The position numbers and the translations under genes were made by a program. Of a stretch of 64,000 bases of DNA, positions 19,561-27,788 are shown piece after piece. The stretch is taken from positions 10,807-74,806 of the forward strand of contig CANEUH010000017.1 of assembly GCA_947441615.1 (NCBI GenBank), written 5' to 3'. Origin of the DNA: Bacteriovoracaceae bacterium. Its GTDB lineage: Bacteria; Bdellovibrionota; Bacteriovoracia; Bacteriovoracales; Bacteriovoracaceae. Below the pieces are notes generated by a model that ran no database searches, was not told the origin of the DNA, and worked only from the letters and a program-made list of their open reading frames with translations. Positions within the stretch are counted from its first letter, which is position 1; each line of letters opens with the position of its first letter.

Positions 19561-20247
19561 ATGAATGATTTGAACTCGATCCTTTTTAGTATAGCTGAAT
19601 CACTTCCTGGTTTTCTTTTAGCGATCGTTACTCATGAAGCTGCCCACGCTTGGATGGCCCATAAGTTCGGTGATTCAACGGCTAAAAATCAGGGACGTCT
19701 GACTCTCAATCCAGCTGCTCATTATGATCCGTGGGGAACCATCTTTTTTCCACTTCTCGCGGCCTTCACGAATTTTTCTATGATCGGGTGGGCGAGACCC
19801 GTGCCAATTGATGTACGAAATTTCAAAAATTTTAGATCCGGAATCTTCTGGGTGAGTTTTGCGGGACCATTATCAAATTTAATCCTCGGAACTCTTTCGG
19901 CTGCCTTACTCGCCATTATTGCCACTCAAATTTCTAGTGATTGGAGCTTCTATACAATTGCCATTAGAATGCTTCGCTATTCAGTTTTCATCAATTTTAT
20001 TTTGGCCTTCTTTAACTTAATACCTCTTCCTCCTCTTGATGGATCAAAAATGATCTCTTCATTTTTAAAAGGTAGAGCTCTTTATAAGTATGAAAGCTTT
20101 GCTCAATATACACCGGTGATTTTCATCGTTGTGATGGCCCTTAGTTTTATGGGGATCCATACACTGGGTTATGTTTTATTGCCTGCTCAGACAATGGCAA
20201 ATTATTTAATGTTTTCTTTCCTTGGACTCTTCGGAGGTATTGGATGA
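19561..20247 (+). CDS. site-2 protease (peptidase M50) family membrane metalloprotease
   Basis: HEAAHAWMA (HExxH) lies in a polytopic membrane protein. NLIPLPPLDGSK is the typical M50 second motif. Confidence 0.75.
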   Translation: MNDLNSILFSIAESLPGFLLAIVTHEAAHAWMAHKFGDSTAKNQGRLTLNPAAHYDPWGTIFFPLLAAFTNFSMIGWARPVPIDVRNFKNFRSGIFWVSFAGPLSNLILGTLSAALLAIIATQISSDWSFYTIAIRMLRYSVFINFILAFFNLIPLPPLDGSKMISSFLKGRALYKYESFAQYTPVIFIVVMALSFMGIHTLGYVLLPAQTMANYLMFSFLGLFGGIG

Positions 20248-21083
20248 CTGAGAATGAAATCTTAGTAAAAGTTGATCGCTTCGACGGTCCTCTCGCCCTT
20301 CTTTTGCACCTTGTGCAGAAAGAAGAGATGCGTATTCAAGAACTCGAACTGACAACAATCACGAATCAATACCTAGAATATTTGCAGAAAATGCAGGATT
20401 TAAATTTTGATGTGGCCGGTGAATATCTCTTCATGGCGGCGACACTTCTTTATTTAAAATCTCAAACTGTTGCTGACGAGTCACAAGATCAGAATCTCAT
20501 TAAAATTACTGCCGGGGAAATGGGTCTAGAGATCCAAACTCGTGGAGACCTTATTAAGCGACTTGAAGAGCTTGAAAGGTTTCAGCGTTTGGGCCAGAGA
20601 CTTTGGGGTCTCCCTAAAAAAGGGCACGAGATTTTTGTTCACCCAAAAATTGACCGTAAGGCGATTGAAAACTCCATTCTCACTCCTATTGATCTTCAGC
20701 AATTGACGGAAACCATGATGGATCTGATTCGTCGTGAGAAGAAGAAATATGCCGTCGTTAAGCGTGACCGACTTTCCATTAAAGAGAAACTTGTTCGTTT
20801 GAAGTCGATGCTTAAAGAAGGGGAGACAACTCTCTTTGATAAGCTTTTAGATGAAAATGAAACAGGAATTATTGATAAAGTTATTACATTTATCTCCCTT
20901 TTAGAGCTTGCCCGTCTGAAAAAATTACAAATCTTCCAGAATGAGGACAAGGGCTCCATTTACATTGAGGTGAAGGAGAGTTTAGATTCCTTCGACCCAG
21001 AAACGGCCAATGGATTTGAACCTGAAGGTGAGGCAAATTCAACTCCTAAAGCATCTGCTCCTGCAGAAGCTACGATCCAATAA
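20244..21083 (+). CDS. scpA: segregation and condensation protein A
   Basis: FDGPLALLLHLVQKEEMRIQELELTTITNQYLEYL is a typical kleisin ScpA N-terminus. C-terminal winged-helix block ITFISLLELARLKKL. Confidence 0.85.
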   Translation: MTENEILVKVDRFDGPLALLLHLVQKEEMRIQELELTTITNQYLEYLQKMQDLNFDVAGEYLFMAATLLYLKSQTVADESQDQNLIKITAGEMGLEIQTRGDLIKRLEELERFQRLGQRLWGLPKKGHEIFVHPKIDRKAIENSILTPIDLQQLTETMMDLIRREKKKYAVVKRDRLSIKEKLVRLKSMLKEGETTLFDKLLDENETGIIDKVITFISLLELARLKKLQIFQNEDKGSIYIEVKESLDSFDPETANGFEPEGEANSTPKASAPAEATIQ

Positions 21084-21092
21084 GGAAGTGCT

Positions 21093-22433
21093 ATGGATTC
21101 TTTGAATCATGAAATTAACTATGAGTGGGATCTTTCGACAGAAGTGGAAGAAGTTTTAGCTGAAACTGTTAGTGAAGAATTTTCACTTGAATTAAATCAT
21201 TACGACGATAAGGCCCAAGAAGATATGCTTTGGCAGGCCCGCACTGGTCTTAATCCTGATACACTCTGTGGCTCGATTGAGACGATCATTTTTATGTCTG
21301 ATCGCCCGATCTCGATCCAAAAAATTAAAGCGCAAATTGATAATGAGCTACCTCTACGTGTGATTCATGAATCTCTCCAAAAACTTCAATTGGGTTATGA
21401 AGAAAAACATCACGGGATCCGTCTCGTTGAAGTCGCGGAAGGGTATCAATTCCGTACTAAAGCGACGTATTCTAAATTCGTACAAAATCTTTTTAAAATT
21501 AACTCTCTCGTTTTAACTCCAACAGCTCTTGAGGTTCTAGCGATCATTGCCTACAAGCAGCCAGTTTCTAAAACAGAAGTAGAAAAAATCAGAGGGGTTG
21601 ATTCCTCTCACATTATCCGTGCTCTCATGGATAAGCGATTAGTCAAAATCACTGGTCGTTCAGAAGAACTTGGCCGACCATCACTATTTGGCACAACGGA
21701 AGAGTTCCTAGAAGTCTTTAATCTCGCTGATATTTCAGCTCTTCCTCCAGAATACGAGCTAGAAGAAATGGCGACTAAGAATACCATCGGAACAATTGCC
21801 GATATTAAATCAGTTGTTTTCCGTAGTGATAGTTCTAAAAAGTTTAGCGTTGATGAAACTGAAGAGCTTGATCAACTTTCAGAAAGCATACAGAGTATCG
21901 CTTCAGAAACTAATTTTACGATGCTTCTTAAGTCAGAAGATAAAAAGAAAACTGATGGAGAGTCAGTGGTTCGTAAATCTGCTTTTGATATCTTAGAAGA
22001 CTTTGTTAACCGCGAAGAATCTCTTCGTCAAAATATGGCCGCCATCAGTTCAGAGACTCTTATGAATGTTGTGGAGCCAAAAGTTATCGATGTATCTATT
22101 AATGATGTGATTTTTAATGCTCCAGAAATTGACGAAGAATTTGAAGCGATTCGCGCTCAAGAGATGGCCGAAGTTGATGCCCTTGAAGCAAAAGCGGAAT
22201 TTGGAGATCTTGCGAATGAGGCCTTGGAACTTGAGAAGGCCCTGGATTTTGCTTTTGAGCAATTAACTGGTGAAAAACTTGTAGATAGTGAAATGGAATT
22301 TAATGTCGATCCAAATATCGATAACTTAGACCTCTCTATCGATGAGGCCATTATGAAAGGGAAAGACTTTGATCTTGACCTCTCGTTCTTAAACGAAGTA
22401 TCTGTACCCACATTAGAGACTGAGGGCGAATAA
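21093..22433 (+). CDS. scpB: segregation and condensation protein B with long acidic N- and C-terminal extensions
   Basis: Core GSIETIIFMSDRPISIQKI...GIRLVEVAEGYQFRTK...LTPTALEVLAIIAYKQPVSKTEVEKIRGVDSSHIIRALMDKRLVKITGRSEELGRPSLFGTT matches ScpB. The remaining ~270 aa are low-complexity and acidic. Confidence 0.8.
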   Translation: MDSLNHEINYEWDLSTEVEEVLAETVSEEFSLELNHYDDKAQEDMLWQARTGLNPDTLCGSIETIIFMSDRPISIQKIKAQIDNELPLRVIHESLQKLQLGYEEKHHGIRLVEVAEGYQFRTKATYSKFVQNLFKINSLVLTPTALEVLAIIAYKQPVSKTEVEKIRGVDSSHIIRALMDKRLVKITGRSEELGRPSLFGTTEEFLEVFNLADISALPPEYELEEMATKNTIGTIADIKSVVFRSDSSKKFSVDETEELDQLSESIQSIASETNFTMLLKSEDKKKTDGESVVRKSAFDILEDFVNREESLRQNMAAISSETLMNVVEPKVIDVSINDVIFNAPEIDEEFEAIRAQEMAEVDALEAKAEFGDLANEALELEKALDFAFEQLTGEKLVDSEMEFNVDPNIDNLDLSIDEAIMKGKDFDLDLSFLNEVSVPTLETEGE

Positions 22434-22462
22434 CGCCTTTATAGGTATCGCCCTCTTTCTCT
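22423..22462 (+). terminator. possible terminator hairpin after scpB
   Basis: GAGGGCGA (22423-22430) pairs with TCGCCCTC (22448-22455), followed by TTTCTCTT. The 17-nt loop makes this a weak call. Confidence 0.3.
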
Positions 22463-22502
22463 TAAACCATATTCAACTGCCGGGAGGCAGATAGGAGCTC
22501 GA

Positions 22503-23534
22503 ATGAAGTCGAATCAAGACGTCTATATCCGTTTACAAAAATTCATCGCAGATTGTGGAGTGACATCAAGAAGAAAAGCTGAAGGCTATATCTTAGATGG
22601 CCGCGTGTCTGTGAACAGTAAAGTCGTCACTGAGTTAGGGACGAAAGTTAATCCTGCCACTGATCTAGTAATGGTTGATGGTGTCGCCCTAGAGCCATCT
22701 GCAGTTGATAAGGTTTATGTCGTTTTAAATAAGCCAAGAGCTTATATGACAACTCTATCAGACCCTGAAGGTCGTCCGACGGTGATGGATCTCATTTATG
22801 GTGTTAATCAAAGAATTTTCCCAGTAGGAAGATTAGATTATCTCTCTGAAGGTCTTTTAATTCTAACCAACGATGGTGATCTTGCGAACATGATCATGCA
22901 CCCGAAATATGAAGTTGAAAAAGTGTATGAAGTGAAAGTCTTTGGTCACGTGAATGAAGGACTTCTCGCAAAAATTAAAAGAGGGGTTATGACTGAAGAT
23001 GGTTTGATGAAACCAAAATCAGTCCGAGTGATCGAGCAGCTTCCTAATAAGACGTGGTTAGAATTTAGATTGAATGAAGGAAAAAATAGAGAGATCAGAA
23101 AGATTTGTGATGCCGTTGATTTAACCGTGGATAAACTTCGCCGAGTTGCCATTGAAGGTCTTAACATCCAGTCTCTTCCGGTTGGACAGTATATGTTCAC
23201 AACAAGAAAAGAACTTTTAAAGGCCCTAGGTCTTAATGAGCACGGTGAGAAAGTGGTTCTTCGTAAGTTTGTTTCAGCGAAGAAAACTCTTAACGTGGCG
23301 AAGGTTTCTAAAATAGTTGGTAAAACGGCTCGTCCGGCCGACGATAAGAGATTCCAGACTTTCCGTAAGGAAAATTATTATCAAACAGTTGCTTCCATTA
23401 AAGATCTAAAAATGCGTCAAGCTGAAGAAGATGCAACGAAAAAAGCTGAAGCAGAAGCTCAAGAGAAAGCTTCTCGTTTTGCTAAAACAATGAAGCGTTC
23501 AGATTCAAGAAAAGGTTATGGAAATCAAAATTAA
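22503..23534 (+). CDS. rluB: 23S rRNA pseudouridine synthase, RluB/RsuA family, with Lys-rich C-terminal tail
   Basis: S4 domain (RLQKFIADCGVTSRRKAEGYILDGRVSVN). Catalytic block FPVGRLDYLSEGLLILTNDGDLAN. NREIRKICD motif. Confidence 0.85.
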   Translation: MKSNQDVYIRLQKFIADCGVTSRRKAEGYILDGRVSVNSKVVTELGTKVNPATDLVMVDGVALEPSAVDKVYVVLNKPRAYMTTLSDPEGRPTVMDLIYGVNQRIFPVGRLDYLSEGLLILTNDGDLANMIMHPKYEVEKVYEVKVFGHVNEGLLAKIKRGVMTEDGLMKPKSVRVIEQLPNKTWLEFRLNEGKNREIRKICDAVDLTVDKLRRVAIEGLNIQSLPVGQYMFTTRKELLKALGLNEHGEKVVLRKFVSAKKTLNVAKVSKIVGKTARPADDKRFQTFRKENYYQTVASIKDLKMRQAEEDATKKAEAEAQEKASRFAKTMKRSDSRKGYGNQN

Positions 23535-24621
23535 GAAAGGGAAAATCTTAGTTTACCGTGTCTTTGACATCGGTTCTGAGGTTGACCTCGATAAAGTTGA
23601 ATTGCTCTTTAAGGATAAAAACCTTAAGGAGCGTTTTAAATTAGATCGTAAGCATAATATGTCTCTTATTATCTCAAGCTCTCCGGTGTCGGTGCAGCTT
23701 GGGACATTTGAGATTAGTCTTATGGATCAAAAAGTTTCAGCTGAACTTATTGCTAAAGTTTGGCACTTTGGAACAGTTTCCCTCTGCTTTCAAATTCCCA
23801 TTAAAGAAAACACTCTCTGGCCTGAACTCATTCAAATCGCTAGTTGGATTGAAAAAGATGATAAACTTGAAACCTTTGCTCGAGAAAAGGCCAAAGAATT
23901 TCAAAAAGATATTCAGTCCGCAATTCCTGTGATTACGGAATGGGCGATCAATGAGGATTACGTCACTTACTTTATTCAAGAGCTTGATGGACTAGATGTC
24001 TCACTAACATCTTTACCAGAGAAACTTGATATACCAGCCCTTATTTTAGCAGAATCGAAAGAGGTGCTTTCTGATTCGATGAAAAAAAGTATTTTAGAGA
24101 ACCAGTACCAGTACTCAAAAGATGATCTCGTTGTCGTGGATTGGAACTCAGCTCTCGTGATTGAGCCAAGTGGATCCATGGACGTGCCTCTTGTTATTGA
24201 GTTTGCTCTTAATCAATTATTCGAGATGCGCTACTATGATGATTTACTCGATCAGCGTTTAAACACACTCTATAACGAAGTTGTGGGACGAAAAAAGGGT
24301 CTTTTCTCCAATAAGTACTCACAGCTAGCTGAAGAGGCGAGTCAGATTTATCTCGAGATTTCTGAGATTGTGGAAAACGTGGAAAATTCTTTTAAGACTG
24401 TGGGAGATTTCTATCTCGCGACAATATTTCGGGCCACTTCGAAGCGTTTTAGATTTGATGATTGGCAAAAAAGTATCAATGAGAAACTCGGGAATTTAGC
24501 TGAGGTTTCAAAACTTCTTCACTCAGAGGTGAATGAGTCGCGGAATCAGACGATGGAGATGATTATTGTCATCTTAATTACGATTGAAGTGGTGCCGTTT
24601 GTTTATAATCTCTTTAAATAA
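23518..24621 (+). CDS. hypothetical protein with C-terminal TM helix (possibly DUF155/RMD1-like)
   Basis: 367-aa ORF with an ATG start. Single C-terminal hydrophobic helix MEMIIVILITIEVVPFVYNLF. The family assignment is tentative. Confidence 0.5.
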   Translation: MEIKIKKGKILVYRVFDIGSEVDLDKVELLFKDKNLKERFKLDRKHNMSLIISSSPVSVQLGTFEISLMDQKVSAELIAKVWHFGTVSLCFQIPIKENTLWPELIQIASWIEKDDKLETFAREKAKEFQKDIQSAIPVITEWAINEDYVTYFIQELDGLDVSLTSLPEKLDIPALILAESKEVLSDSMKKSILENQYQYSKDDLVVVDWNSALVIEPSGSMDVPLVIEFALNQLFEMRYYDDLLDQRLNTLYNEVVGRKKGLFSNKYSQLAEEASQIYLEISEIVENVENSFKTVGDFYLATIFRATSKRFRFDDWQKSINEKLGNLAEVSKLLHSEVNESRNQTMEMIIVILITIEVVPFVYNLFK

Positions 24622-24930
24622 TTAATTATCAAAATTATTCAGCTTATTATCATTCAGTGATTCATTTACAGAGTCAACTGCATACTCCACTGCCTGAAGA
24701 CCATAAGACATATTTTTTTGAGTTTGTGGAAAATTTGAATTTTTAATCAGCTCGGCCGCTTTTTTAACAAGCTCTGCACTTGCTTCAAAGTATTCGCCTT
24801 CTTCTTCAGAAGTCACAACAGCTGCCAGGAGTGAATGGATGTTTTTAATCAGTCTGATTTGAGTCGTTGAAAGGCCCTCTGTCTCCATCTTCAAGAAGAG
24901 TTCTTTATCTTTTTTGGCCAAACTTTCCAT
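24622..24930 (-). CDS. hypothetical protein
   Basis: 102-aa ORF with an ATG start. No recognisable motif. Confidence 0.45.
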   Translation of the reverse strand: MESLAKKDKELFLKMETEGLSTTQIRLIKNIHSLLAAVVTSEEEGEYFEASAELVKKAAELIKNSNFPQTQKNMSYGLQAVEYAVDSVNESLNDNKLNNFDN

Positions 24931-25028
24931 TTTTCATCCTTTGGAAGAGCGTTGTAGGTCCTTTATCGGGTCAATTTCTAGGAAATTTAGCTATTTATGC
25001 TGGACTAAAAGATTACGGGTTTTATACC

Positions 25029-25057
25029 TTTACAAGCAGATTTGTGGGGAGTATAAC
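25029..25057 (+). promoter_or_regulatory. candidate sigma-70 promoter for tRNA-fMet
   Basis: TTTACA (25029-25034), a 17-nt spacer, then TATAAC (25052-25057), about 33 nt upstream of the tRNA 5' end. The AT-rich context raises the chance of a false positive. Confidence 0.3.
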
Positions 25058-25089
25058 TACCTTAATTTTCAAGGCTTTTCATTATCAAT

Positions 25090-25180
<91 letters not shown>

Positions 25181-25186
25181 AAATTT

Positions 25187-25699
25187 TCAAATGTCCGGCT
25201 TAAATCTTGAGTCTTTTTTTATTTCTGTTACTGGCAATTCGGCTTCCCAGTAATAAACGCCTGTTCCATATGGCAAGAGTTCATGTTCTTTTACAGAGTA
25301 AATGTATGCAAGAGACTTATGGCTATTTCCGCAAACAGCTGGATAAATTGCGACTTCTTTCAGACCATCATTATTAAGATCTTTCGCGTAAGAATTTTTA
25401 CTCAACTTCACAAAATGTATAAAAAATCCCCCAGCCCAAGGTTCAATTAGTTCATTTTTTGAAAAAAACTTTCCTTTATTAACTAGCTCTAAACGAGTCG
25501 TTGGAGAGCAATCTACATCTTCGGATCTTGCAGGATTTGAACATTCAGGATTTACTTTATTAGGCATAATTAATTTTGTATCTGCATCAAGAATGATTTC
25601 ATCAATGCCAATTACGCTATAAGAGATGGGGACATTAAGGTATAGGAGCAAACTGATTAGCGAGAGATTCTTTATAAATCTTGAAGATCTCGTCAGCAT
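25187..25699 (-). CDS. hypothetical secreted protein
   Basis: 170 aa, ATG preceded by an AGGAGA RBS, and an N-terminal hydrophobic signal-like segment. The start lies 65 nt inside the upstream SLT gene. Confidence 0.5.
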   Translation of the reverse strand: MLTRSSRFIKNLSLISLLLYLNVPISYSVIGIDEIILDADTKLIMPNKVNPECSNPARSEDVDCSPTTRLELVNKGKFFSKNELIEPWAGGFFIHFVKLSKNSYAKDLNNDGLKEVAIYPAVCGNSHKSLAYIYSVKEHELLPYGTGVYYWEAELPVTEIKKDSRFKPDI

Positions 25700-26345
25700 A
25701 TTTATCTCCTAATTTGTTCCATTGGTGGTAATACTTTACTGTCGAATATAGGTCTTTTCTTTTTATCTGATTATTCTTGGTGAGAAGATAGTACTTATGA
25801 GAAAGCCAGCGTATCCCTGCTGCGATATTAATAACTGGGTCGATTAAATCTCTTAATTTAAGTTCAAGAAAATGACCTTGTACCTCAACCATTTTATTTT
25901 CAGGGATTCCTTCTGAGCGATAAAGAGTAGATTGAAGAATTTGCATAAGTCCAGTGGCAGAACTGTTATGTGCACGGGATCTAATTTCTGACCTGAAGCT
26001 GGACTCTTTGGCAATAATGACCTTTACGATGAGTGGATCAAAGTCTTTTGGAAAGGGAAGCCCCTGTTCCTTCCAAAAATTTAACCAAAATCTAATGACA
26101 GAATCTAATTCAGGATATTCATCGAATCCTTTGACTATCCCGATAGGTGTATGGTCGTGCTCACCATGCCAATATAGATAGAGAAGGTTTTCTGGAAACA
26201 ATATTGATTTTTTTCCTCGATTCTTACGATTATGGGCCTTCACATAATACTTGATGCCATTCTGAGAGATCTTCGCATGTCGTTTCACAACATGAGAGCC
26301 AGGGGGAGCCATTTTAATTGTTGGGGGACGTTTAATTAGTGACAT
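25635..26345 (-). CDS. lytic transglycosylase (SLT domain) protein
   Basis: IIAKESSFRSEI...SSATGLMQI is the SLT catalytic Glu/GLMQ signature. The first ATG is at 26345. The track start at 26351 is TTG. Confidence 0.7.
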   Translation of the reverse strand: MSLIKRPPTIKMAPPGSHVVKRHAKISQNGIKYYVKAHNRKNRGKKSILFPENLLYLYWHGEHDHTPIGIVKGFDEYPELDSVIRFWLNFWKEQGLPFPKDFDPLIVKVIIAKESSFRSEIRSRAHNSSATGLMQILQSTLYRSEGIPENKMVEVQGHFLELKLRDLIDPVINIAAGIRWLSHKYYLLTKNNQIKRKDLYSTVKYYHQWNKLGDKYADEIFKIYKESLANQFAPIP

Positions 26346-26403
26346 AGTCAAATCTTATGAACAAAAAATTTCAACGTCCATGACCAAAAGGTGCCTAGTT
26401 GAT

Positions 26404-26718
26404 TTAAGCTGCTAATGCTTGCATCAATGCAGAAATTGTCGATAGTTCTGGATTAAATTCTTTTTTGGGATCTATTAAGTCGTAGAGCGTTCTGCGACCG
26501 ATACCCGCCTTCTTGGCGAGTTTTACTTTATTAACTGTTAAAAGATGGGCCACTAAAACCTCACGAAAAGTTTCTATATCACCGGTCTTGATGCAATCAA
26601 GAAGCGTATCAATAACTAGTTCAACATCCTTAAGTTCGCTACTTTTGAATGGAGCGTGAGCCTTCAAGAATTTCGTTTCTGATTTTTTTTGCCTTTTTGA
26701 TGTCACGATCCTGGCCAT
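26404..26718 (-). CDS. addiction-module antidote protein (HTH antitoxin, COG3636-like)
   Basis: The C-terminal HTH block KLAKKAGIGRRTLYDLIDPKKEFNPELSTISALMQAL resembles TIGR02684-type antidotes. ATG with a GGAGGA RBS. Overlaps the toxin 3' end by 80 nt. Confidence 0.7.
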   Translation of the reverse strand: MARIVTSKRQKKSETKFLKAHAPFKSSELKDVELVIDTLLDCIKTGDIETFREVLVAHLLTVNKVKLAKKAGIGRRTLYDLIDPKKEFNPELSTISALMQALAA

Positions 26719-26950
26719 TTTTATTTCCTCCGTTTAAGGCAATGACTATTGCATCACCCCACATAAATGAATATACTCGGGTCCCATTTTTCCAACGAAG
26801 TTCGATTAAGCCTTCAAAGCGCTTGTGATCACCAAAGTGGCCAAGGGTAAGCATATCTAATCGTGCAAGGATAATTCCCCTTGTTTTTGGAGGCTGCTTT
26901 ACAAGCCATGTATCAAATTCTTCGGTCCTTAGGACTTCGAGATTTTTCAT
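26639..26950 (-). CDS. addiction-module killer protein (RelE/ParE superfamily, COG3657-like toxin)
   Basis: TEEFDTWL..., LARLDMLTLGHFGDHKRFEGLIELRW..GTRVYS and IALNGGNKNGQDRDIKKAKK match the TIGR02683 pattern. Start placed at the ATG at 26950. The track start at 26986 is TTG. Confidence 0.7.
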   Translation of the reverse strand: MKNLEVLRTEEFDTWLVKQPPKTRGIILARLDMLTLGHFGDHKRFEGLIELRWKNGTRVYSFMWGDAIVIALNGGNKNGQDRDIKKAKKIRNEILEGSRSIQK

Positions 26951-27019
26951 AAACTTTATTGTACGGTAATCCGCACACTTTTTCAAGGTTAGTATTTTTA
27001 TTTAAGTGTTTGAAATTTT

Positions 27020-27322
27020 TTAAGCGATCTCAACTTTAAAATCCAAATCAGCTTGATTAACTTGATCTTGAAGAGCAATAGCAACAAAAAATTTCTCGGA
27101 GTCTTTTAGCTTTTGTGCAAACTCATAAGCTCTTTCCACACTGACAAACTTTCTTCCATTTTCAATGTCACCGATATGAGAAACAGTGACTTCCAAAATA
27201 TCGGCGAGTTCTTTTTGAGTAAGATCATCACGAGTGCGGATTGAACGCAGTAGCATAGCAAAGGACATTGGCTCACCAAGTAGGTTTTCCATAAAGTTTT
27301 TAGCATCTTTAATCTTGGCCAT
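27020..27322 (-). CDS. XRE-family HTH antitoxin (HigA-like)
   Basis: HTH LTQKELADILEVTVSHIGDIENGRK. A GGAGG RBS lies directly after the upstream toxin frame. Toxin-first gene order is typical of HigBA. Confidence 0.8.
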   Translation of the reverse strand: MAKIKDAKNFMENLLGEPMSFAMLLRSIRTRDDLTQKELADILEVTVSHIGDIENGRKFVSVERAYEFAQKLKDSEKFFVAIALQDQVNQADLDFKVEIA

Positions 27323-27330
27323 ACTGCCTC

Positions 27331-27618
27331 CTAGTATTTGTGCTTGTTGACTTCAATGATGGTCACAAGCTCAATCTCTCCATCTTTGTTTTGAATATAG
27401 ATTGCTCAGTAGGCCCTATTGAGTCTTACCGATCTTTGGCCTTTGCGGTCACCTGAAAGTGGCTCATCATGGTAGCCGGGAATCTTTCGGGTACTAGCAA
27501 GGCCTTGAGTTGAAACCTGAGTGATCCATGTCAAAAGGGCTTCTTGGATGTTTCGTGGAAGTTTACGAACATCCTTTTCTGTGCTTTTGGTTATGGTTAC
27601 CTGGGTAACAATTCTCAT
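27331..27618 (-). pseudogene. RelE/HigB-fold toxin gene interrupted by an in-frame TGA (codon 71)
   Basis: The frame reads ...PGYHDEPLSGDRKGQRSVRLNRAY-TGA-AIYIQNKDGEIELVTIIEVNKHKY-TAG. The 24 codons after the TGA (27406-27408) are the conserved toxin C-terminus. The family normally has Arg (YRxIY) at this position, consistent with a CGA>TGA change. Confidence 0.7.
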
Positions 27619-27788
27619 TTAAGCATTGTACACCAACTTGGAGTACATGGAGATAAGCATATGTCGATACAGCTAAGACTCCAGAATTGTTAAGGAAATC
27701 AAGTAACTTTTACATGATTTTTGTGGTTTAAACTCAAACGGTTAGATACCTTTTGACGCAATGTTTTGCTCAAAATATAAGTACCCAC

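Noticed and set aside
27406-27408. TGA in the HigB-like toxin read as selenocysteine or programmed readthrough
   Set aside because: I saw no SECIS-like hairpin immediately downstream. The family has Arg at this position, and a single-base CGA>TGA nonsense change is the simpler explanation.
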